Positions 7,617-15,133 of a stretch of DNA of 28,656 nucleotides are shown one piece after another. The stretch comes from Candidatus Scatoplasma merdavium. Lineage in GTDB: Bacteria; Bacillota_I; Bacilli_A; RFN20; CAG-288. Made by a program: the position numbers and the translations under genes. The stretch spans positions 1-28,656 of the forward strand of contig JADING010000051.1 in assembly GCA_017694135.1 (NCBI GenBank), in the 5' to 3' direction. Position 1 is the first letter of the stretch; the number at the start of each line of letters is the position of its first letter. A model generated the notes under the pieces. That model was not told where the DNA came from. It made no database searches and worked only from the letters and a program-made list of their open reading frames with translations.

Positions 7617-8876
7617 ATGGAACAATACATTAGAATAGGAGCAGAGCAAGAAGCTAAGCAGGCCGTTAAAGATGCTAAGTTTGAAGCTAAGCGAGCTATT
7701 AAAAAAGCAAAGATTGAGCTTCAAAAGGCTTTACGGTCGGCTGATACTGAAGAAGAAAAAGCTTCTTTGACTGCTGATTATCAAAAACTCGTTGCTGATT
7801 CTAACGCTAAAATTGAAGAAGCTATCAAAGCTGAGGAGCAATTAAATGCCAAGATTGCTGAGCAGTTGCAACATCCGGTTCAATACGATTCTGAAACTAA
7901 AAAGGTTATTCGTTTAGTTTCTACTCGCCGTCCTAAAAAGGCATATCAAATTACTGGTGTTGAAGATGTTGCTTCCAAAAACAACTGGAAAGCGTGGCTG
8001 TATTTAGCTCCCGTTTTGGTTTTGCTCGTTGTTTTCTTAATTTATCCGTTAATCAATACGATGTTTATCGCTTTTACTGATAACTATCTTTACGCCGCTG
8101 GCACTTATGACGGATTAACTTTGAAAAACTTTGCTGTTATTTTAGGCATTACATCTATGTCTAGTGGTGCTAAAGAAATATTCTTTACTCAGTACGCTAT
8201 TCCAAATACATTTATTATTGTCTTTATCACAGTTCCAATATCGACTTTATTGGCGTTGATTATTTCTGTCGCTTTAAATTCGCTTAAATGGTTCCAGAAA
8301 TTCTTACAAACAGTATTTTTCTTACCGTATGTCACTAACGCTATCGCGGTCGGTATGGTTTTCTCAGTTATATTTGATGTTGATGGTGTTATTAATTACA
8401 TCTTTGGGTTAGACAACTACGCTTGGATTTATGGCGCTGATCGTTCAGTTGCTATGATACCTCTTTGTATCTACATCGTTTGGTCGTCTATTCCGTTTAA
8501 GATCTTAGTCTTCTTATCTGGTTTACAGGGTATTGATAAGCAGTACTATCAAGCTGCTCAGATTGATTCTTGTTCTCACATGAAAGTCTTGTGGAAAATC
8601 ACTGTTCCTTTGCTTTCACCGCAGATTCTTTACATTGTTATTACTTCCTTTATCGGAGCGTTTAAAGAGTATACATCTATCGTCGGTTTATTCGGTGGTC
8701 CTGGTACTTTCGGTGATAACGGCGATCCTAATATGTATACTATCGTTTATTACATTTATGAGAACTTGCAAGAAAACACTTCTTTAGCTGCTGCTGCGGC
8801 AGTCTTCTTGTTCGTTATCATCTTGATTTTCACCTTCTTCCAGATGTGGATCTCGAAGAAGAGAGTGCATTATTAA
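7617..8876 (+). CDS. CUT1 ABC permease (MalF/UgpA-like) with N-terminal coiled-coil extension
   Basis: WLYLAP first TM, FFLPYVT motif, EAA-loop variant LQGIDKQYYQAAQIDS, ITVPLLSP, six-TM pattern; ~120-aa K/E/A-rich N-terminus. Confidence 0.92.
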   Translation: MEQYIRIGAEQEAKQAVKDAKFEAKRAIKKAKIELQKALRSADTEEEKASLTADYQKLVADSNAKIEEAIKAEEQLNAKIAEQLQHPVQYDSETKKVIRLVSTRRPKKAYQITGVEDVASKNNWKAWLYLAPVLVLLVVFLIYPLINTMFIAFTDNYLYAAGTYDGLTLKNFAVILGITSMSSGAKEIFFTQYAIPNTFIIVFITVPISTLLALIISVALNSLKWFQKFLQTVFFLPYVTNAIAVGMVFSVIFDVDGVINYIFGLDNYAWIYGADRSVAMIPLCIYIVWSSIPFKILVFLSGLQGIDKQYYQAAQIDSCSHMKVLWKITVPLLSPQILYIVITSFIGAFKEYTSIVGLFGGPGTFGDNGDPNMYTIVYYIYENLQENTSLAAAAAVFLFVIILIFTFFQMWISKKRVHY

Positions 8877-8888
8877 AGGAGGAAATGT

Positions 8889-9872
8889 ATGGTTAAAACT
8901 GCTTCAAATAAAACCAAGAGCTACATCGACTTTAATAATCATTCTTTGAATCAAGAAGTCGTTCTCTCAATTGAAGAATCTGGTAGAACCGTTGAATCTA
9001 TTAAAAGAGCCGAGAAGATAGGGCATATCGTTTCTATGGTACTTGTCTATGCTTTTATTCTTGCTCTGGCTATTGTTGTTATATTCCCGTTCTATTGGAT
9101 GTTAATTACATCTTTGAAACAAAAAGATGAAATTGACGCTCAAGTTCAGACGTTTTTCCCTTCAGTCGTTATGTGGTCAAACTACGTTTACGTTTTCCAG
9201 GTGTTCAAATTTGGTACGTTTATGTGGAACACCATAGTTGTTGCAATTTTCTCAACCATCGGTACTTTGTTAACTACAATCTTTGCGGCTTTCGCTTTCG
9301 CTAGATTGAAGTTCAAAGGCAGAGAAGCTCTGTTTATGGTCTTCTTAATGACTATGATGATTCCTGGTGAAATGATGGTTATCACAAATTACATTACAGT
9401 AGCTTCCTTCGGTTGGATTGGTGATGGTCAAACATTGACAGAAGCTTACTTATCTATGATTGTTCCGTTCTGGATTTCTGTTTTCTATATTTATTTGTTG
9501 AGGCAGAACTTTAAACAGATACCTAACGAGCTTTATTTAGCTGCTAAAGTTGACGGCAAATCAGACTGGTCATTCCTTTGGAAGGTTATGGTTCCGCTTG
9601 CTGCTCCGACACTAATTTCTATTACTATTCTTAAGTTCATGGGCACTTGGAACTCCTATGTCTGGCCTGATTTAGTTACTAATAAAGAAGAGTTCCGCTT
9701 GATTTCTAATGGTTTGCGCGGTTCAACATTCCAAGATGTTGATACCGGTCAAGTCGAATACGGTTATCAAATGGCTGCTACTGTTTTAGTTACAGTTCCG
9801 CTTTTCTTGCTCTTCGTGTTCTTTAGAAAATACATTATGCGCGGCGTTGGACGTGCTGGTATTAAAGGTTAA
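8889..9872 (+). CDS. CUT1 ABC permease (MalG/UgpE-like)
   Basis: FPFYWMLITSLK, AAFAFARLKFKGR, MMIPGE, EAA-loop variant IPNELYLAAKVDG, WNSYVWP, C-terminal FRKYIMRG. Confidence 0.93.
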   Translation: MVKTASNKTKSYIDFNNHSLNQEVVLSIEESGRTVESIKRAEKIGHIVSMVLVYAFILALAIVVIFPFYWMLITSLKQKDEIDAQVQTFFPSVVMWSNYVYVFQVFKFGTFMWNTIVVAIFSTIGTLLTTIFAAFAFARLKFKGREALFMVFLMTMMIPGEMMVITNYITVASFGWIGDGQTLTEAYLSMIVPFWISVFYIYLLRQNFKQIPNELYLAAKVDGKSDWSFLWKVMVPLAAPTLISITILKFMGTWNSYVWPDLVTNKEEFRLISNGLRGSTFQDVDTGQVEYGYQMAATVLVTVPLFLLFVFFRKYIMRGVGRAGIKG

Positions 9873-9874
9873 TG

Positions 9875-9899
9875 GTTTAATCAGGATAGCCTGTTAAAC
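9875..9899 (+). other. Intercistronic RNA hairpin between permeases and binding proteins
   Basis: gtttaa-t-cagg-atag-cctg-ttaaac (10 bp with one bulge), no U-tract. Confidence 0.5.
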
Positions 9900-9936
9900 A
9901 TATATGTCTTAGAAATTTCATATAAAGGAGGAAATT

Positions 9937-11520
9937 ATGAAAAAAAGTCGTTTGTTACTTCTACCGATCTTAGCTACATTGGCTTTTACGGTCTCATGTG
10001 AAGATGGCTCTAGCGAGGGATCATCTTCATCTTCGTCTGCCTCTGAAACTACCAGTTCTTCAAGCAATGGTGGTGATCAAAGCAGTTCTAGCACTTCTGA
10101 AGAACAACCATATGTTCCTAAGATTACTGAACCTACCACGATTTCCATTTGGACTACGATGGATGATTCTAAGCAAGAGCTTTTGAACTCCTGGATTGAA
10201 GACTTCAAAGAAATAGAACCTAACGTTACTATTAATAACGTTAAACAATCTGGAGATTACACTTCATTAAGAGAAAAGATTGTTCAGGGTTTTGCTGCTG
10301 ACAACTATCCGGATATCACCTATTGCTATCCTGACCACGTCGCTGATTATATTAACTATAATAAAGCATTAGATTTAACTGACTATGTCAGTGATTCTAA
10401 GTATGGCTTTACTGAAGAAGAAATTTCCAATGATTTTGTTGAAGCTTTCTGGCAAGAAGGTAGTGAATACTCTATCCCGGGTATTTACTCGTTGCCTTTC
10501 GGTAAATCAACAGAAGCCATGTTCTATAATGCCGAGGCCTTAATCGATTTGGATTTAAGTACTATTGATAAGTCTATTAATGGTGGTAATCCTTTGAATG
10601 AAAACTATTTGAACAATCTTACTTGGGAAGAGTTGTTTAATAAGCTTTGTCCGGCTATCGTTAAATACAATGAAACTGTAAAACAAATCATTGATTTATC
10701 TGACCCTTATTCCGCTATTGTTGGTTATGATTCTGATGATAACTTCTTTATTACTTTAGCTGAGCAATATGGTTACGATTACACTAGTATTAATCAGGTT
10801 ACCGGTGTCGGTTCTGCTGATTTTAACAACGATGAAATGAAAGACTTGATGAAGATGTTCTATGACGCTGCATCTAAAAAGTACTTGATTACTTCTGGTT
10901 CTAATGCTGATGGTGCTTATACTTCTGATTTATTTAAAGTTAATAAGACTTTGTTTGGTATTGGTTCTACCGCTGGTGCTAAACATCAAATTGCTTCTAC
11001 TGATCCTTTCCCTGTTGGTGTTGCTCAAATTCCGGGCGCTCAAAACGGCAATAATCGCATTATCTCTCAAGGTCCTTCTATGACAATTTTGAGACACGAT
11101 AAAACCTCTGGTGGCGTTGATGAAAATAGAGCCTGGGCTTCTTTCTTGTTCTATAAATACATCACTAATACAGATAATGGTGCTGTTTTCTCGCTTAACT
11201 CCAACTATGCTCCGGTTAGATATTCTTCAACCGAAACTGAAATCTATCAAGATGCTTTAGCAGCTGCTAATGTCAGTGAAACTACCGATGTCGAAGTTAT
11301 CAATGGTCTAGTCTTAAAATACTTCAATGAAGTTTTAGACAGATTCTATGTCTCTCCGGTTTTCGTTGGTTCTTCTGCTTGCCGTGATCAAGCTGGTAGT
11401 ATTATGACCCAAGTTATGAATGCTGGACGCGGTAAGACTCAAACTGATGAAACTCTTGATTCTTGGCTCGATACCATCTTCTCAACTGCCTATAATGAAG
11501 CTATCAAGTCAATTAAATAA
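9937..11520 (+). CDS. ABC solute-binding lipoprotein 1 (carbohydrate/CUT1-type fold)
   Basis: Lipobox-like TVS-C, Ser-rich tether, then TISIWTT, YPDHVADY, YSLPFGKSTEAMFYN, SQGPSM, YAPVR motifs typical of family-1 extracellular solute-binding proteins. Confidence 0.88.
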   Translation: MKKSRLLLLPILATLAFTVSCEDGSSEGSSSSSSASETTSSSSNGGDQSSSSTSEEQPYVPKITEPTTISIWTTMDDSKQELLNSWIEDFKEIEPNVTINNVKQSGDYTSLREKIVQGFAADNYPDITYCYPDHVADYINYNKALDLTDYVSDSKYGFTEEEISNDFVEAFWQEGSEYSIPGIYSLPFGKSTEAMFYNAEALIDLDLSTIDKSINGGNPLNENYLNNLTWEELFNKLCPAIVKYNETVKQIIDLSDPYSAIVGYDSDDNFFITLAEQYGYDYTSINQVTGVGSADFNNDEMKDLMKMFYDAASKKYLITSGSNADGAYTSDLFKVNKTLFGIGSTAGAKHQIASTDPFPVGVAQIPGAQNGNNRIISQGPSMTILRHDKTSGGVDENRAWASFLFYKYITNTDNGAVFSLNSNYAPVRYSSTETEIYQDALAAANVSETTDVEVINGLVLKYFNEVLDRFYVSPVFVGSSACRDQAGSIMTQVMNAGRGKTQTDETLDSWLDTIFSTAYNEAIKSIK

Positions 11521-11543
11521 TTAATTATAGAAAAGGTAAAACA

Positions 11544-13082
11544 ATGAAATTTAAGACGTTAAGTATTCTCACCCTAGCAGCTTGCACGCTGCTAGGTGGG
11601 CTTACTTCTTGCGATGACGGTTCATCTAGTGGTGAAACTACATCATCAGCATCAACATCTACATCTACATCTTCATCATCTACCAATGGTGAAATCCGCC
11701 ATGTTACTGTTAATTTTTGGCACACTTTTGGTCATGGTATTGAAGAGCAGATGCAAGCTTTTGCTAGTCAATTCCACAATATTATCCTCGAAAATGAAAA
11801 TGTCGATGTAAATATCGAATTTACCTATCAAGGTGGTTATGACGATATAAGAAATAAAGTTATAAAGTCGTTCCCCGCAGGAAGTACGCCTACAATTTCT
11901 GTCGCTTATCCTGACCATATTGCAGATTATCTCCGTCAAGGAGAAAATAACGTGGTTGATTTAACTTCGTATATGAATTCTAGTGAATATGGATTTGATA
12001 CACAGGATTATCTTGGTGATGACGTTGATGGTCACCCTGGTACGGAAGATTTTGTCGAATCCTTCTTTGATGAGGGTGAAAGTTATCAAAAAGATGGCAT
12101 CTATTCTTTGGCATTCATGAAGTCTTCAGAGGTAATGTTCTACAACGTTGAAGTTTATAATGCTGCTATGAGCATTTATAAACCTGAATTGACTGGTGAG
12201 GCTAGAGACAATTGGATTCAAACCTGCTCTTGGGATGAATTAATGGAACTTTGTGAAGTTATTCAAGAACATAAAGATGATGCAGGTACTGAACTATATC
12301 AATATGCTTCAGCTGTTGACTATCCGGCTTATTATGATTCTGATTCTAATTTGTTTATCACAGAAATTTATCAGAACAATATTCCTTATTCTTCTATCGG
12401 TGAAGATGGAAAGGGCGTTATTGGGTTTGAAGAGGCTGAAGCTTTTGGAAAACTCGAAGGTATATTGAATGAATTAGCTGGCTGGTATAACGGGCATTTA
12501 CTCACTACAAAAGGTGTAGAAAACGAATATGGTTCTACCGCTTTTACAAGCGCTCAAACCGTTTTCTCTATCGGCTCCTCTGGTGGTGCCGGTTACAATA
12601 TTCCGACAACTGACGATTTCACCGTTGGCGTCGCTATGGTTCCTTACTTTAATGACGAAGCTTCTCGCTCATATATTTCTCAAGGGCCTACTCTCACTAT
12701 TTTGAGAAACAGTTCTTATTCTGATGAAGAGAACAACTTGCGTGCTGAATATGCTTGGAAGTTCTTAAAGTACATTACTAACGAGGAAAACAACGCTATT
12801 GTTTGTATCAATGGTTCTGAAGGTTATGTTCCGGTTAGACAATCTTCTTACGAAACTGCCTTGTTTAATCAGTTTATGGAAGATGGTGAGGATTACGCTT
12901 TAACAGCTGACACTGTCATCAATAAAATCAATGGTAAATACATTAACACCCCTGTTTTCCCTGGTTCTGCTGAACTTCGTGACCAAGGTGGTGCTGTAAT
13001 TACTCAAGTTTTAAAGGGAACTAAGAATGCTGAGACAGCTTTGAATGATGCTATTTCAGCAACTAAACTGCATTTGAATTAA
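11544..13082 (+). CDS. ABC solute-binding lipoprotein 2 (paralog of 9937-11520)
   Basis: Lipobox LTS-C, Ser/Thr tether, VNFWHTFG, YPDHIADY, YSLAFMKSSEVMFYN, SQGPTL, YVPVR, collinear with SBP1. Confidence 0.88.
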   Translation: MKFKTLSILTLAACTLLGGLTSCDDGSSSGETTSSASTSTSTSSSSTNGEIRHVTVNFWHTFGHGIEEQMQAFASQFHNIILENENVDVNIEFTYQGGYDDIRNKVIKSFPAGSTPTISVAYPDHIADYLRQGENNVVDLTSYMNSSEYGFDTQDYLGDDVDGHPGTEDFVESFFDEGESYQKDGIYSLAFMKSSEVMFYNVEVYNAAMSIYKPELTGEARDNWIQTCSWDELMELCEVIQEHKDDAGTELYQYASAVDYPAYYDSDSNLFITEIYQNNIPYSSIGEDGKGVIGFEEAEAFGKLEGILNELAGWYNGHLLTTKGVENEYGSTAFTSAQTVFSIGSSGGAGYNIPTTDDFTVGVAMVPYFNDEASRSYISQGPTLTILRNSSYSDEENNLRAEYAWKFLKYITNEENNAIVCINGSEGYVPVRQSSYETALFNQFMEDGEDYALTADTVINKINGKYINTPVFPGSAELRDQGGAVITQVLKGTKNAETALNDAISATKLHLN

Positions 13083-13095
13083 GGAGGTGGTTGTA

Positions 13096-14592
13096 ATGAA
13101 TAAAAGTAGAATTTCTGTATTGCTTTTATCTCTACTCATGGTAGGTGGTATCACCGGTTGTAACGATGGAACTTCTTATTCATCAGTACTTTCATCGTCT
13201 ACTTCTGATATCTCATCATCGTCTACTTCTGATATCTCATCTTCTTTAACTACTTCTGAAAGCAGTTTGCCAGATTGGGTTGAATACACCGATAGACCTG
13301 AAGCTAAGCTTCAGTTAGATTACGAAGGAAGAGATTTCTTTACTGAAGGTGTCGGCGAAGTTGATTTGCATTTAGCTATCGATGGAGATACCGCTCACTT
13401 TATTCAATCTGATGGTTCTAAAGACACTACTATTAAAGGGCGTTTTTACGGCTGTGATACTCCGGAGAGCACTGGTGATATTCAAGAGTGGGGAAGAACT
13501 GCTTCTAATTTCACCAAAGAGAGATTGAAGGAAGCGGATAAAAACGGAACTATTGTTATAGTTTCTATGAATTACGATCATTACGGAACCCCTTCTCAAG
13601 ATTCTAACGGGCGTGATTTGGTTTTGGTTTATTACAATGAAACAGTCGAACACGCCAGTAAAGATCAACTTAAGTTGTTGAATCTTGAAATTGTTGAGCA
13701 AGGCTTATCTTGGGCTAAGAACACTTCTAATATCAAAGCTTTAGAATCTGTTTTCTATGATGCGGAAACTCAAGCTAGAGAATATAAATTGAATATGTTT
13801 TCTGGTGTTCCTGAAGAAGGATGGGTTCCAGCTACAGAAGACAATTACGGCGATGTTTCTTTGCTAGATTTGAAAAATGAAGTTGCTAAGCAAATAGAAG
13901 ATCGCAGCTATTCTAACAAATACGACAACGTTCGTATGCGCGTTAATGGGACTGTTGTTGGTTACGTTGATAACACTTTGTATATCAACGCTTATATTCC
14001 TAATGATCCGGATGATGCCACCAAAGGTGGACAATACGCTGGTATTAATATCTTTACAGGTATGTCGAAGATTCCTACCAAATATACCAAGATGAATACC
14101 TATTTGCAGATTATGGCTATTGGTAATGATTCTGAAAACTTCGGCTTCCAGCTTACCGATGCCGATTTCCCGATTGCTTCTATTGATAGCTTAGATTCTC
14201 AAGTTATTTACACTCCGGAAGAAAACGCTGATACTGATCAAACCATGCACGTTTTCACTTATACCAAAGATCAGTTAAACGAAGTAGCTACTACTCGCAA
14301 TTTAGAGTCTTTGTATGGGCGTATTGAAGTTACTGACACTTTGGAAGTCGACAGGGTATATCAGTCTCAAGATGAATCTGCTTACACTGTTTATTTCAAA
14401 GATTCTGATTTTAACTTGTATGTTCCGTTTAACTATCGTCCAGAAGGCGACACCTATTGGAAGACTGAGGAACAATGGTTGAATAAGAAACTTAAAATTA
14501 AGGGTGTTTACGCTTACCATTACACAACTAGTGGAAATTTGACTTTCCAAGTCATTCCAAACGATTCAAGCGACATCATTGTTGTTGAATAA
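13096..14592 (+). CDS. Lipoprotein thermonuclease (SNase family) with C-terminal OB-fold-like domains
   Basis: Start moved to ATG 13096 (AAGGAGG at 13081-13087); lipobox ITG-C. SNase motifs IDGDT (13381), GRFYGCDTPE (13441-13467), DSNGR (13600-13614), LNLEIVEQGLS. C-terminal half has OB-type patterns (RVNGTVVG; KLKIKGV...FQVIPNDSSDI). Confidence 0.88.
   Translation: MNKSRISVLLLSLLMVGGITGCNDGTSYSSVLSSSTSDISSSSTSDISSSLTTSESSLPDWVEYTDRPEAKLQLDYEGRDFFTEGVGEVDLHLAIDGDTAHFIQSDGSKDTTIKGRFYGCDTPESTGDIQEWGRTASNFTKERLKEADKNGTIVIVSMNYDHYGTPSQDSNGRDLVLVYYNETVEHASKDQLKLLNLEIVEQGLSWAKNTSNIKALESVFYDAETQAREYKLNMFSGVPEEGWVPATEDNYGDVSLLDLKNEVAKQIEDRSYSNKYDNVRMRVNGTVVGYVDNTLYINAYIPNDPDDATKGGQYAGINIFTGMSKIPTKYTKMNTYLQIMAIGNDSENFGFQLTDADFPIASIDSLDSQVIYTPEENADTDQTMHVFTYTKDQLNEVATTRNLESLYGRIEVTDTLEVDRVYQSQDESAYTVYFKDSDFNLYVPFNYRPEGDTYWKTEEQWLNKKLKIKGVYAYHYTTSGNLTFQVIPNDSSDIIVVE
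13192..13239 (+). repeat. Perfect 24-nt tandem duplication in the nuclease Ser-rich linker
   Basis: tcatcgtctacttctgatatctca x2 (13192-13215, 13216-13239); in frame, encodes SSTSDISS twice. Confidence 0.95.
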
Positions 14593-14610
14593 TAATAAAG
14601 GAGGAACGAT

Positions 14611-15090
14611 ATGTATTGTTACCACTGCGGAAAACATTTTGATGAAAAGAAGCTCGAGGTAAAGTCCTCTTCTTTGGAATCTGTTCAAGATCAAGAATTT
14701 GTTGGTGAACAAGAAGTGTGTTATATCTGTCCGCGCTGTGGTCAGATCGTTCACTCTGGTCATACAGAAAAAGATATTAAATCTCTCTCACGCGCTGCGC
14801 ATTCTGAAATCCAGCGCGCGAGAAATTCTTTTGCTAGCGGAATGGGATTTGTTTCTGTTTCTGTAATTTTGTTGGTTTTAGCAATAATGTTTTTCTTGCT
14901 TGCTAAAAAACCTAATAACCAATATCAGTTGGTTACTACCTGTGCAGAATTTTACGTATTTGTAGTTCTGCTCGTTGTCGGTCTGATTCTTTTAGTAACG
15001 GGAGTGTCTTTTGTTTCTATCGGTGTTGTGAAGAAACATCAGTATTCTTCGTTGCTTAAGGATATACAAAACGAAACTTTCGTCCAGTAA
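14611..15090 (+). CDS. Zinc-ribbon (CxxC...CxxC) protein with two C-terminal TM helices; function unknown
   Basis: MYCYHCG and YICPRCG, then two long hydrophobic segments; AAAGGAGG RBS. Confidence 0.75.
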   Translation: MYCYHCGKHFDEKKLEVKSSSLESVQDQEFVGEQEVCYICPRCGQIVHSGHTEKDIKSLSRAAHSEIQRARNSFASGMGFVSVSVILLVLAIMFFLLAKKPNNQYQLVTTCAEFYVFVVLLVVGLILLVTGVSFVSIGVVKKHQYSSLLKDIQNETFVQ

Positions 15091-15101
15091 GCGGAAGTTT
15101 C
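15073..15101 (+). other. RNA hairpin spanning the stop codon, upstream of the last operon gene
   Basis: gaaactttcg / cggaagtttc, 10-bp stem (one G-U), 9-nt loop containing the TAA. Confidence 0.5.
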
Positions 15102-15133
15102 AAAGTTGTTTGTGCGATTAAAGGAGGAAAATT

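Noticed and set aside
5695-13082. Naming the transporter malK/malFG/malE or ugpC/A/E/B
   Set aside because: The fold family fits, but there is no glycosidase or sugar-metabolism gene nearby and the context points to nucleic-acid products; substrate cannot be fixed from sequence.
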